A DNA stretch of 64,000 bases from an archaeon (GTDB taxonomy: Archaea > Nanobdellota > Nanobdellia > Pacearchaeales > UBA284), in NCBI GenBank assembly GCA_020343435.1, contig CP070794.1, forward strand, positions 397,209 to 461,208. Direction: 5' to 3'. Below, one piece after another: positions 7,944 to 17,587 of the stretch; position 1 is the first letter of the stretch, and the number at the start of each line of letters is the position of its first letter. The position numbers were made by a program, and so were the translations under genes. A model generated the notes under the pieces. That model did no database searches and was not told the DNA's origin. It was given only the letters and a program-made list of their open reading frames with translations.

Positions 7944-8819
7944 ATGATATATGATGTAATTATTATTGGTAGTGGGGCTGCAGCACTAACTGCTGCTATT
8001 TATTCTGTAAGATACAAATTAAATACTTTAGTCATTGGAAAAGAAATTGGCGGAAAGATGATCTGGACACCAACTATTGAAAATTATCCTGGATTTGGTA
8101 AAATAAGTGGTATCGAACTTTCAAAAAAAATGGAAGATCAAGTAAAAAAATTAGGTGTTAAAGTTTTGAAAGAAGAAGTTAAAATGCTTTGCAGAGAAAA
8201 AGAATTATTGATTATAAAAACTGAAAAACAAAGATATGAAGCAAAATCTGTTATAGTTGCTTGGGGAACTCAAAAAAGAAAATTGGATGTTGAGAATGAA
8301 GATAAGTATATAGGTAAAGGAATTGCATATTGTGCAACTTGTGATGCTCCCTTATTTAGAAATAAAGATGTAGTGGTTGTTGGTGGTGGAAATTCTGCAG
8401 CTATAGCAGTAGATCTCTTAAAAAAGTATGCTAAAAAAATTTACATGGTTTACCTAGATCTTTTTATGGATCCTTCTGAACTTGAAAAGATAAAAAAAGA
8501 TGTTGAAATAATTCAGGGAACTATTAAAAAAATAGGTGGGGATAAGTTTGTAAAATCTGTTACTTTGAATTCTGGAAGAAAATTAGATGTTCAAGGAATT
8601 TTTGTTGAAATTGGAGATCTTCCTAATGAAATTCCTTGTGAGAAGATTAAGATTAAAACAAATAAACAAGGATATATTTTAACTGATCAAAATATGAAAA
8701 CTTCTGTTAACGGAATTTTTGCAATAGGAGATTGCATTTCCAAACCTTTGAAACAAATTGTGACTGCTGCAAGTGATGGCGCAACAGCAGCTCATTCTGC
8801 TTACAAATTCTTGAAATAG
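7944..8819 (+). CDS. trxB: Thioredoxin-reductase-like flavoprotein (low-Mr TrxR fold)
   Basis: FAD motif IIIGSGAAALTAAIY, redox CATC (AYCATCDAPLF), second dinucleotide motif VVGGGNSA, and GDC near the C-terminus. The HRRxxxR NADPH motif is absent (YLDLFMD in its place). Confidence 0.8.
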   Translation: MIYDVIIIGSGAAALTAAIYSVRYKLNTLVIGKEIGGKMIWTPTIENYPGFGKISGIELSKKMEDQVKKLGVKVLKEEVKMLCREKELLIIKTEKQRYEAKSVIVAWGTQKRKLDVENEDKYIGKGIAYCATCDAPLFRNKDVVVVGGGNSAAIAVDLLKKYAKKIYMVYLDLFMDPSELEKIKKDVEIIQGTIKKIGGDKFVKSVTLNSGRKLDVQGIFVEIGDLPNEIPCEKIKIKTNKQGYILTDQNMKTSVNGIFAIGDCISKPLKQIVTAASDGATAAHSAYKFLK

Positions 8820-8855
8820 AAAGGCTTTTAAATTTCTTAACTCTGGTTTAAAGAT

Positions 8856-8927
8856 GCCCTGATGGTGTAGCGGTTAGCATTGAGCCCTGTCGAGGCTCCG
8901 ACCCGAGTTCGAATCTCGGTCAGGGCG
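8856..8927 (+). tRNA. tRNA-Asp (GTC)
   Basis: Cloverleaf read by eye: acceptor GCCCTGA/TCAGGGC, anticodon arm GAGCC-CTGTCGA-GGCTC, T arm CCGAG-TTCGAAT-CTCGG. Confidence 0.9.
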
Positions 8928-8992
8928 TTTTCTCACAAATATAGCACTTTTCTATAACAAAGCTTTTAAAGAAAAAATTCCCTTAAAGGAAG

Positions 8993-9139
8993 ATGGCAGA
9001 TCCAAATTGTCCGAAATGTAAAGGTAAGGGGCTTGTTAAAGAGAAAGATGGAACGGTCCATGTTTGTTATGACTGTTTAACTAGGGGAAGCTTAGATCAA
9101 CATTCTCAAAAAGTTAAAGATACTAATAAGAAAATATAA
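8993..9139 (+). CDS. Small (48 aa) DnaJ-type zinc-finger protein
   Basis: MADPNCPKCKGKGLV...VCYDCLTRG contains CxxCxGxG plus a second CxxC. It ends 30 nt upstream of the B12-radical SAM gene on the same strand. It is below the length cut-off of the ORF track. Confidence 0.4.
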   Translation: MADPNCPKCKGKGLVKEKDGTVHVCYDCLTRGSLDQHSQKVKDTNKKI

Positions 9140-9169
9140 GGATTCTCGATAATAAAGATTTAAAAAGTC

Positions 9170-10609
9170 ATGATATTAAAGAATAAGATGGGAAAACTAA
9201 AGCACATATTAGCTATTGTTCCTACTGGTTTTTTAAGTAAATCCACTGGTTCTTTCCATAGTGGTAATCTTGCTGCTCCAATATTAAGATCGTTAACTCC
9301 TAGAGATGTAAAAATAACATTAATTGATGAACAACTTGGTGGAAAAATTCCATGGAATACAGATGCTGAGATGGTTTTGTTAGTTAGTGTAATAACTTCT
9401 GCAGCTCCAAAAGCTTATAGAATTGCTAATATATTCAAGAAAAAAGGCAAGGTTGTTGGAATGGGGGGGCCACATCCAAGTGTTGATCCCAAAGAAGTGT
9501 TAGAATTTGCTGATTTTGTTGGAATAGGAGAATTAGAAGGATATTGGTCAAATATTTTAAAAGATTTTGAAAAAGGGAAATTAAAAAAGATGTATAAAAA
9601 TACAAAACATATTGATCTTGCAACTCTTCCTTATCCAGATAGGAGAATAATCCAAAATATGAAGAAGAAAGGGCATAAGAAAGAGTATCTTTTTACAACA
9701 GTAACATACACCACAAGAGGATGTCCTTATAATTGTTCATTTTGTACTGTAACAAACATATTTGGATCAAGATACAGATTAAGACCTGTAAGAGATGTTG
9801 TTGATGACTTAAAAAAATATTATGGCGGTTTAAGAAAATTTGGATTTATCCTTTTTGTAGATGATAATATCTGGGCGGTTCCAAGATATGCTAAAGAATT
9901 GTTTAGAGCGTTAATAAAGGAAAAAATTAGATTAAAATGGTTGAGTCAAGCAAGTCTGCACCAAGCTTCAGATTTGGAATTGCTAAAGCTTGCTAAAAAG
10001 GCTGGTTGTGCTGCTCTTTTTATTGGTTATGAAAGTGTGACTCCTGAAAGTTTGAATGAAGCTAGTAAAAAGGTTAATGATGTAGGAAAATTCAAAAAAT
10101 TAACTAAAAATATTCATGAGGCTGGAATGTTGGTTATAGGTAGTTTTGTTCTTGGTTTTGATCACGATACTATTGAAAGTATTAAAGCTACTGTAAAATT
10201 TGCAGTTGAAGCAAATATAGATTATGCTGAGTTTTGTATTCTAACTCCATTTTACAATACTGTAAGTTATGATAAAATGAAAAAAGAAGGAAGAATGTTT
10301 ATTGATGGAGCAGGAGGGGGGAAGTTTCATGATAATTGGAGTTTTTATACATTCACAAATGTTGTTTTCAAACCAAAAAATTTTACACCAGAAGAACTTA
10401 AAAAATGGCAAGTTTGGGCTTATACCAAATTCCACGGGTTTAGATCTTTAATGATAAGATTAACTGGATGGCTTAGACATTATCCGTTTTATGCTCCTTT
10501 TCTTTGGTTCTTTAATATGTTTGAGAGACCCAGGTTACAAGATACATTTGACACCTTAAGAAAAGAGATAAGAAAGTGGGAAAAAAAGAATAATATTAAA
10601 GGGTATTAA
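9170..10609 (+). CDS. B12-binding-domain radical SAM protein
   Basis: N-terminal Rossmann-like B12-binding region, then TTRGCPYNCSFCTV (CxxxCxxC) and a long C-terminal extension. Confidence 0.85.
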   Translation: MILKNKMGKLKHILAIVPTGFLSKSTGSFHSGNLAAPILRSLTPRDVKITLIDEQLGGKIPWNTDAEMVLLVSVITSAAPKAYRIANIFKKKGKVVGMGGPHPSVDPKEVLEFADFVGIGELEGYWSNILKDFEKGKLKKMYKNTKHIDLATLPYPDRRIIQNMKKKGHKKEYLFTTVTYTTRGCPYNCSFCTVTNIFGSRYRLRPVRDVVDDLKKYYGGLRKFGFILFVDDNIWAVPRYAKELFRALIKEKIRLKWLSQASLHQASDLELLKLAKKAGCAALFIGYESVTPESLNEASKKVNDVGKFKKLTKNIHEAGMLVIGSFVLGFDHDTIESIKATVKFAVEANIDYAEFCILTPFYNTVSYDKMKKEGRMFIDGAGGGKFHDNWSFYTFTNVVFKPKNFTPEELKKWQVWAYTKFHGFRSLMIRLTGWLRHYPFYAPFLWFFNMFERPRLQDTFDTLRKEIRKWEKKNNIKGY

Positions 10610-10610
10610 G

Positions 10611-10683
10611 TGGGTCTGCAGGGACTCGAACCCTGGACACCTGGCTTAAAAGGCCAGTGCTCTACCGACTGAGCTACAGACCC
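10611..10683 (-). tRNA. tRNA-Lys (TTT)
   Basis: The reverse complement folds as GGGTCTG..CAGACCC-A, with anticodon arm CTGGC-CTTTTAA-GCCAG and T arm CAGGG-TTCGAGT-CCCTG. Confidence 0.9.
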
Positions 10684-10729
10684 TTAAAGAAAATTTAGTT
10701 TTTTTGATTTAAAAAGTTACGTATCAGAA

Positions 10730-12103
10730 TCAAATTGCTTTTCCATCACAGATAAACCGGTATTTCCTATTCCAGTCTTCCTTTGTCATCTTTTGCATAT
10801 CTTTTGCGTACTTATCAAGGAATTTCTTTAACTTAGGATCATTAACTATTGTTGCTGCTCCTGGATGAGAAGGTTTTGCTTTTCCTTTCTTAACAGCATT
10901 TCTAAGAACTTCTGGATTATCAATAATGCAACAAGGAGTTAACCAGTTTTTAATCTTTTTCTGTCCTTTTCTAAGTTCTTCAAAGAATTTAGATTGAATA
11001 GCTTTCTTTAATGTTGTAGTTTTTATGTTATCTACGTAAAAGTGTACAAAAACACAAGGTTCTATATTTCCATGAGCATTAACATGCATGTAACCTCCTC
11101 CAAGAGTTTTATCTTGTGTTGCTCCTGCAATACATCCATGTACAAAAGGACCATCATTCCAGAAATCGCCAATAAAGATTTTAACATTGGGGTTGCTTCT
11201 CCATTTATGAACTTTTTTTCTTAAAACAGTTCTCTGTTGGGGAGTTTGCATAAGTTTTGTATTTGGTTTTAATCCAATTGGGACATAAGTAAAGAACCAT
11301 CCAAATAAACATCCTTGTTTTTGATAAAACTGTAAGAACTTATCTGTAGATATTACATCTGAGTTATATCTTGTTGGAACTGCTGAGAAACCAAAAGCGC
11401 AACCATGTTTTCTTAAGTTAGCCATTGCTCTTATTACTCTATCATAAACTCCTTTTCCTCTTCTTTGATCTGTTTCTTTTCTAAATCCTTCAACAGAGAT
11501 TGCTGGAACAAGATTTCCTAGCTTTGCCATTTTTTTAGCAACACTGTCTGTTATCATGGTTCCGTTTGTATAAATCTGGAAGTAAATATCAGGATATTCT
11601 TTTGCCATTCTGAATAAATGTGGCCAGACAAATGGTTCTCCACCAGAGATTGTTAGAAAAGTTAATCCAAATTCTCTAGCTTCATCTAATGTTTTCTTTA
11701 CAGTTTCATAAGGCATATCATCTTTTACAGTATATTCTCCAGCATAACAACCAGTACATCTTAGATTACATCTCATTGTTGGACTAACTACAAAAATAGA
11801 TGGGGGATAAATTCCATACTTTTTATGATAAGCATTTCTTCTCTCATAACCCTGGATTAAATAACCAATTATAAAGTTCTTAGTTAGTTTTTTTCTAACT
11901 TCTGGAGCTAGTTTTCCTAGTCTACTCATTACTGGTTTAAAAATAGTATCTGTTTTTAGGTTCTCTATAACTTTTTTTCTTTCAGAATCCTTAGTAAAGA
12001 ATTTAAGAAGATTGGCGATTTTATCAATATTCTTTTCAGATTTAGTCATGTATTTGACAACTTGATTCAATGCAGCCCCCTTAATACTTCCAAAGATTCC
12101 CAT
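10730..12103 (-). CDS. Radical SAM protein (457 aa), function unknown
   Basis: TMRCNLRCTGCYAGEY, a GGEPF motif, and additional dispersed Cys (HGCIAG, EPCVFVH, TPCCIIDNP). Confidence 0.8.
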   Translation of the reverse strand: MGIFGSIKGAALNQVVKYMTKSEKNIDKIANLLKFFTKDSERKKVIENLKTDTIFKPVMSRLGKLAPEVRKKLTKNFIIGYLIQGYERRNAYHKKYGIYPPSIFVVSPTMRCNLRCTGCYAGEYTVKDDMPYETVKKTLDEAREFGLTFLTISGGEPFVWPHLFRMAKEYPDIYFQIYTNGTMITDSVAKKMAKLGNLVPAISVEGFRKETDQRRGKGVYDRVIRAMANLRKHGCAFGFSAVPTRYNSDVISTDKFLQFYQKQGCLFGWFFTYVPIGLKPNTKLMQTPQQRTVLRKKVHKWRSNPNVKIFIGDFWNDGPFVHGCIAGATQDKTLGGGYMHVNAHGNIEPCVFVHFYVDNIKTTTLKKAIQSKFFEELRKGQKKIKNWLTPCCIIDNPEVLRNAVKKGKAKPSHPGAATIVNDPKLKKFLDKYAKDMQKMTKEDWNRKYRFICDGKAI

Positions 12104-12149
12104 TGTTTAAAGAGAGTTTTTTCCTTTAAAAACCTTATGGTAATAAAAA

Positions 12150-13268
12150 TTACCTTCGCTGAATGATAAAACTATTCACCAATTTTCTCGCTTTTTCTCG
12201 ATTTTTTTGGTGTTGTTTTAAGAATGTATTTATCTTGTTTATTAGGATTTTCTTGAGTTCTGATGTTAACATTTCTCCAGATCTGTATTTTCGTTCAATT
12301 TCAGCTAGTTTTTTATCATCTGGTTCAAAGAACATTTTCAAGTATTGGAATGAAACATCTATATCTGGATTTCCTCCTTTTTTCCTATGTTCTGATGTTG
12401 ATTCCTTTCCTCCTGAGAAAGCATATTTGTTAATTTTTCTTTTTACTTCTTCTGGAGAATCTGTCATAGCAATAAAAGAGCTTGGGTCACTTGAGGACAT
12501 TTTCCCGCCTCCTTTTAGCCCAGGTATGAATAAGTGATAGGTTGATGCTATCGGGATAAACTTATGATCCTTGTTTCTATTAGCCATCCCTCTTGCTAAT
12601 CTTATATGTGGATCTTGATCTACGCCAACTGGAATAAATGTTGGGATTATTCCTTCAAATTCTGGGAGTTGTGGGTGATACATGTCTGATGCTTGTAGTA
12701 AAGAAGCATTCATTTTTCCAGGAGTGATATTTCCATAAACTCCTTTAAACTCATTAAATGTTGCATATCTTGAAAAATTTGAAGCTAAAGTGTAAAAGGC
12801 ATTTGATTTTTTTGCATCTTTAGATCTTTCAGATTGAAAATAAAAATCAACATTCTTTGGAGATAATCCTAGAGCAATATAATTAATGAGATATTGTTCT
12901 ATGGCAACTTTCTTTAATTCTGCTAAAGATTTTTGTCTTGCATTGTATGCCTCAAGATCTGCAACAGCGATATAAATTTTAGCCCCCAGTTTTTGATAAA
13001 AAATAAATTGTTGAGCGAGAATCATGTGGCCCAAATGAAATTTTCCAGAGGGCATTAATCCAGTCATCATAACAAACTTCTTTTTGTTTTTTATTGTATC
13101 TAGGATTATGTTGAAATCCCTATGCGCAAAGATGATCTTCCTTCTAAATAAAAGATTTCTATTGAAAAATTCTGGGAGCTTTCCAAGTGGTTTAATACCA
13201 AATTCTTTTACCAATTTTTTGTAATCTATACATCCCTTAACTTCCCAAGGAGATACTTTGAAACTCAT
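12150..13268 (-). CDS. trpS: Tryptophanyl-tRNA synthetase (archaeal/eukaryal type)
   Basis: N-terminal VSPWEV..IDYKKLVKEFG, HIGH-type PSGKFHLGHM, and KMSKS-type KMSSSDP. Confidence 0.8.
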   Translation of the reverse strand: MSFKVSPWEVKGCIDYKKLVKEFGIKPLGKLPEFFNRNLLFRRKIIFAHRDFNIILDTIKNKKKFVMMTGLMPSGKFHLGHMILAQQFIFYQKLGAKIYIAVADLEAYNARQKSLAELKKVAIEQYLINYIALGLSPKNVDFYFQSERSKDAKKSNAFYTLASNFSRYATFNEFKGVYGNITPGKMNASLLQASDMYHPQLPEFEGIIPTFIPVGVDQDPHIRLARGMANRNKDHKFIPIASTYHLFIPGLKGGGKMSSSDPSSFIAMTDSPEEVKRKINKYAFSGGKESTSEHRKKGGNPDIDVSFQYLKMFFEPDDKKLAEIERKYRSGEMLTSELKKILINKINTFLKQHQKNREKARKLVNSFIIQRR

Positions 13269-13303
13269 AGTTAAAAGAAGAGAAAAGATTTTATAAAGGT
13301 TTC

Positions 13304-14344
13304 TTGATTATTTTTTCTATGAAACATAATGTTAAAGTAACTGTAATAATTCTTGTCATGTTTTTGATAAGCATGTTTATTGGTTTAGCTGTTATTGGTT
13401 CTTATGATAACTTTTTTGGAAAAAGTGCTCAAGAAGCTGCTAAAGAAAAAAATGTTTCTGTAGAAAAACCAGAATTAAGTTTTGTTGTAGAAACTGTTCC
13501 AGAACCTATTGAGTTCAAGAGGACGATTGATGTGGTTAGTGTTATAGTTAGTATTTTAATTGCAATAGCTATAGCTGTGGGATTATTCTTTCTGCTTACT
13601 AGATTGAGAATTAATGTTGTTTTGAAAGGTTGGTTTACTGTTATTGTGTTTATCTGTCTTGTTATTGCATTAACAATGATTCTTTATTCTGTTATGGGTG
13701 GACCGAAAAGTCTGTTTACTCTTTTTGGGAGGACTGTGGCTTTAGGAGAGGTAATTGCCATTCCTTTGGCAGCTTTTTTAACTTATTTTAAGATTAAAAA
13801 AAGAGATATGATTGCACATAACCTTTCTGAATTACTGATTTATCCTGGAATTGCAGTAATATTTGTTCCAATCCTAAATGTTTTAGCTGCTGCTATTCTG
13901 TTAATATTAATTTCAGTTTATGATATGATTGCTGTATGGAAAACCAAACATATGCAAGCTTTAGCAAAGTATCAAATTACTCATTTAAAGATCTTTTCAG
14001 GATTCTTTTTACCTTATGCTGGTAAAAAAGAAAAAGCTAAGATAAAAAGAATAAGGAGTAAAGCAAAAGCTATGAAATCTAAAAAGAAAAGAGAGATATT
14101 TTTGAAAAAGCAAAAAGTTAATCTCAATGTTGCAGCACTTGGTGGGGGGGATGTTGCATTTCCATTAATATTTATTGGAACTATATTAATAACTCATGGA
14201 TTTTTACCAGCATTAACAGTTGTTTTAACAACTCTCCTTGCTTTGGGATTATTATTATTCTTTGCAAAGAAAGGTAAGTTCTATCCAGCAATGCCATTCT
14301 TATCAGCTGGTTGTTTCTTAGGATTACTACTAATTTTAATTTAG
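13304..14344 (+). CDS. Presenilin/signal-peptide-peptidase homologue (A22 intramembrane aspartyl protease)
   Basis: Polytopic protein carrying YD (SVYDMIAVW), GxGD (LGGGDVAFP) and PAL (FLPALTVV) in order. The true start is probably the ATG at 13319. Confidence 0.75.
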   Translation: MIIFSMKHNVKVTVIILVMFLISMFIGLAVIGSYDNFFGKSAQEAAKEKNVSVEKPELSFVVETVPEPIEFKRTIDVVSVIVSILIAIAIAVGLFFLLTRLRINVVLKGWFTVIVFICLVIALTMILYSVMGGPKSLFTLFGRTVALGEVIAIPLAAFLTYFKIKKRDMIAHNLSELLIYPGIAVIFVPILNVLAAAILLILISVYDMIAVWKTKHMQALAKYQITHLKIFSGFFLPYAGKKEKAKIKRIRSKAKAMKSKKKREIFLKKQKVNLNVAALGGGDVAFPLIFIGTILITHGFLPALTVVLTTLLALGLLLFFAKKGKFYPAMPFLSAGCFLGLLLILI

Positions 14345-14802
14345 TAAATCAACATAACAACAACACCAACAATTTGAGAAAACCTTATTTTTTCATTAAA
14401 AAGACCATTGTCTCCTTTAACTTTGCAAAACCAACCTCCCTCATCTGTTCCTGTGTTAGTAACTCTATGAACAATAACTTTCTCTTCTTGATTAAATGCT
14501 ATAATGTCTCCAACTTTGATCTGGGAATAATGCATTGGTTTTATTTCTATACCATTTGTATCTTCATCTATCAAAGGATCCATACTATTAGTATTAGAAT
14601 AAGAAGTTAAAACAGCATTTTTCAAATTAATAATTACTCTATCCTCTTGAACCTCAATTTCATTACCCCTAATCCAGTTAGAAGGGCTTGGTTTTTCTCT
14701 AACAAAAGAAAAAAAGCCTTCATCTGCGTAAGCCATTGCAAATAAAAAAACCAAAACTACTGATAAAACCACACAGATTAAGATTGCTTTATCCATTGTC
14801 AC
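14341..14802 (-). CDS. Signal peptidase I, archaeal/ER (S26B) type
   Basis: N-terminal TM helix, Ser box NSMDPLI, His box VIVHRV, and a GDN box (VKGDNG). Confidence 0.7.
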   Translation of the reverse strand: MTMDKAILICVVLSVVLVFLFAMAYADEGFFSFVREKPSPSNWIRGNEIEVQEDRVIINLKNAVLTSYSNTNSMDPLIDEDTNGIEIKPMHYSQIKVGDIIAFNQEEKVIVHRVTNTGTDEGGWFCKVKGDNGLFNEKIRFSQIVGVVVMLIY

Positions 14803-14894
14803 TATAAGATTACTACACTTTAAAAGGATTATTGTAAAAAAAGATAATTAAAATGAGAAGCTTTAAATACTAAAAAATCCTATAAAAAAGATTG

Positions 14895-14958
14895 GAAAGA
14901 GGTGGAGGAATTGAGCTTTGGTCTTCGGATCTTTGTTTGACCTTGGACACCTTCTTTC
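14895..14958 (+). ncRNA. Candidate small structured RNA (unclassified)
   Basis: G+C-rich island in an AT-rich spacer. An outer stem GAAAGAGGTG/CACC(T)TCTTTC encloses GGTC-TTCG-GATC, whose G:U pair works only on the + strand. TATA-like TTTAAATA lies at 14862-14869, about 26 nt upstream. Confidence 0.25.
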
Positions 14959-14962
14959 TAAG

Positions 14963-16849
14963 TTATCTTATTCTTATGATGTCTAAATTTCTAGGTACAG
15001 AAGTCTCGACTTTATAGATCTTATAAAAACTTGAAGCAAGATCTAAGGATCTTGATGGTTCTCCATGATTTACTATAATTCTTCTAGGAGAAGGATTAAG
15101 ATTGTTTACAAAACCTAATAATTCTTTTCTTCCTGCATGAGCTGAAAAACTATCAATAGATTTAACCTCTAATTTAATTGGAACAATTTCATCTTTTTCA
15201 CCTTCAAAAGTTAATTCTTTTACTCCTTCCTGGATCTGTCTTCCTAAAGATCCATGTCCTTGATAAGATACTATGATTAAAGAATTATTTTTATTATCTG
15301 CTAGATTTTTTAGATATTCTACAGATGCTCCTCCAACAAGCATACCAGATGTTGCTAAAATAATGCAAGGTCCTCCTTCAATAACTTCTTGTCTTTCTTT
15401 AGCTGAACCCACATGATTAAATCTTTCTGATAAAAATGGATTTTTATCTTGAAATACTTGTGTTTTTAAGTAAGAGGATAAAAAATTGGGATAAGCTGTA
15501 TGAATGGCGGTTATATCCCAAACCATCCCATCAATATAAACAGGAACATTTTTCTTGATCCTTCCTTCTTTTATTGCTGCATCAATAACCATCATAATTT
15601 CCTGTGCTCTCCCAACCCCAAGAACAGGAACAAGTGCTTTTCCTTTTCTTTCTAACGTCTTATTAATTGTATCTATTAAAATATCCTCTGTTTCTTTTCT
15701 TGACATAAAAATATTTTGTTTTCCACCATAAGTACTTTCACAAATTAAAGTTTCTAATCTTGGGAATTTGTTTGCTGCTAAATCTAAAACTCTTGATCTA
15801 GCAAATTTGAAATCTGCTGTATAAAGTAAATTATGTAAACCATTTCCAATATTGAGATGAATCATAGAACTTCCTAAACAATGACCAGCATTGTATAAAG
15901 TTAATCTTACATCTGGAGTGATATCTGTAACAACATTAAAATCTAAGGCAATAGAATGTTTAATCATTGTTTTTACATCTGCTATCTTGAATAAAGGGGA
16001 TTCTGCTTTTTTGTAACTAACCCCTATAAAGTCTAGAGCTAGTAAAGCTGCAATATCTCTTGTTGGGGCAGTCATATAACATGGACCTTTATATCCTAAT
16101 TTGTAAAGATAAGGAACTAAACCAGAATGATCAAGATGAGCATGAGAGATAATTATTGCATCTAATTCTTTAATATCAAACTCTGGAACATTTAGAATGG
16201 GGAATTTATCAGAATTACTTGCTGCAATATCTATTCCACAATCTAATAAGATTTTAGATTCAGGTGTTTGTAATAATAAACAAGATCTTCCAACTTGTCT
16301 TCCCCCTCCTAAAAATCCTAATCTAACCCATTCATCTTTTTTTTCTGGGGACCATTCAGTGTAAATCTGTTTACCAATAGAATTTAAGAATTTTTTTCTA
16401 TAACTAACATTTTCAAATAAAGTATGTCTGATTGCTGTTGTAATCTTACTTTTAATTGCTGGGATTCTCATAATTGTTGGTGTCCAAAAAGTTTTTTCCT
16501 TGATTGTTTTTAGAATTTCTCCACCCTTCCCTATAGCTAATCCTGGTTTTTTAACTTCAACTACAACAGAACTTCTCGCATCATCAAATAAGATATTGTC
16601 AACTTCAGCTTCTTTTGGGATTAGTTTATTAATCTCTTTCTTAGTCTCTTCTTCACTTAATAGAATTTCTTTTGAAGCTCTTAATTCAACTCTTTTTTTT
16701 AGTTTATTTACTAATCCTCTTATCTTTTCATCAGATTTTAGAAAAAAGGATTTGTCTCCAGTATATAAAACTATATTGGCTCCTTCAAAGGTTGCTGAGC
16801 TAACTACTTTCGGTAATTCATCCAGAATTACTTTTAAAATGTCGGGCAT
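14963..16849 (-). CDS. aCPSF1/FttA: KH-domain beta-CASP metallo-beta-lactamase ribonuclease
   Basis: N-terminal KH-like region (GLAIGKGGEILKTIKEKT), the HxHxDH motif (ISHAHLDHSG), and a 628-aa length typical of aCPSF1. Confidence 0.9.
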   Translation of the reverse strand: MPDILKVILDELPKVVSSATFEGANIVLYTGDKSFFLKSDEKIRGLVNKLKKRVELRASKEILLSEEETKKEINKLIPKEAEVDNILFDDARSSVVVEVKKPGLAIGKGGEILKTIKEKTFWTPTIMRIPAIKSKITTAIRHTLFENVSYRKKFLNSIGKQIYTEWSPEKKDEWVRLGFLGGGRQVGRSCLLLQTPESKILLDCGIDIAASNSDKFPILNVPEFDIKELDAIIISHAHLDHSGLVPYLYKLGYKGPCYMTAPTRDIAALLALDFIGVSYKKAESPLFKIADVKTMIKHSIALDFNVVTDITPDVRLTLYNAGHCLGSSMIHLNIGNGLHNLLYTADFKFARSRVLDLAANKFPRLETLICESTYGGKQNIFMSRKETEDILIDTINKTLERKGKALVPVLGVGRAQEIMMVIDAAIKEGRIKKNVPVYIDGMVWDITAIHTAYPNFLSSYLKTQVFQDKNPFLSERFNHVGSAKERQEVIEGGPCIILATSGMLVGGASVEYLKNLADNKNNSLIIVSYQGHGSLGRQIQEGVKELTFEGEKDEIVPIKLEVKSIDSFSAHAGRKELLGFVNNLNPSPRRIIVNHGEPSRSLDLASSFYKIYKVETSVPRNLDIIRIR

Positions 16850-16867
16850 TTTTAAAAGAATTTAATT

Positions 16868-17530
16868 TTATAATGTTTTCTTTACTAAAACTTCTTTAAC
16901 TTCTTCTGAAAGGACTTTTCTTGCTCCTTTTTCATCTATTACAACAACGTCAATTCCTGATCCTGAACATGTATCTCTTTTCATAGCTGCACTTATTGCT
17001 CTAACTGCTAATCTGATTCCTTCTTTTGTTGTTAAACCTTCTTTATATGAGTCTTCTAAAACTCCAAAAGCCATTACACTTCCAGAACCATCTGAAGCAT
17101 AATTTTTACGTTCTACCAAACATCCGTCTGGTGAAACTTCGTAAAGCCAGAATCCTTTTTTGTCTTTTCCCCCAACTAAAAAGGCGGTAATTGCCATTAA
17201 AGGACTAAATTTTCTTATATTTTCATATGAGATCATAGTTAGGAGACTTGATATTTCTTTTACTGTTGGTTCTTTTTTAGTTCTTATTTTCTTAAGTCTT
17301 AATTCTGCTTTTACCATTTTTATGACTAATTGGATATCTGATACATTTCCAGCTATAGTTACTGCGATGTTGTCTGTTATTGGGAATACTTTTTCAACAT
17401 CTCTACTAGAAATGATTGGAGGATACCCTGCTGTAGCTCTTTTATCTGCAGCTAGAACTACCCCGTCTTTACATACCAATCCGAGAGTTGTAGTTCCGGA
17501 TTTAATAACCTTTTCATCAATGGGTTCCAT
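16868..17530 (-). CDS. psmB: Proteasome subunit beta
   Basis: Propeptide followed by the catalytic TTTLGLVCKDGVVLAADKRAT. Confidence 0.9.
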   Translation of the reverse strand: MEPIDEKVIKSGTTTLGLVCKDGVVLAADKRATAGYPPIISSRDVEKVFPITDNIAVTIAGNVSDIQLVIKMVKAELRLKKIRTKKEPTVKEISSLLTMISYENIRKFSPLMAITAFLVGGKDKKGFWLYEVSPDGCLVERKNYASDGSGSVMAFGVLEDSYKEGLTTKEGIRLAVRAISAAMKRDTCSGSGIDVVVIDEKGARKVLSEEVKEVLVKKTL

Positions 17531-17587
17531 TTTAGAAACTCTTTTTAATGGGTGGTTTGAAAAGTTTTTAAATGTTTCTGTGGGGGA

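Noticed and set aside
12163-12537. 124-aa plus-strand ORF inside trpS
   Set aside because: It is antisense to a well-supported aaRS gene. The same reasoning applies to 9435-9623, 10241-10435, 11042-11224, 16500-16865, 17160-17591, 17874-18062, 19511-19834, 20275-20493 and 20716-20940.
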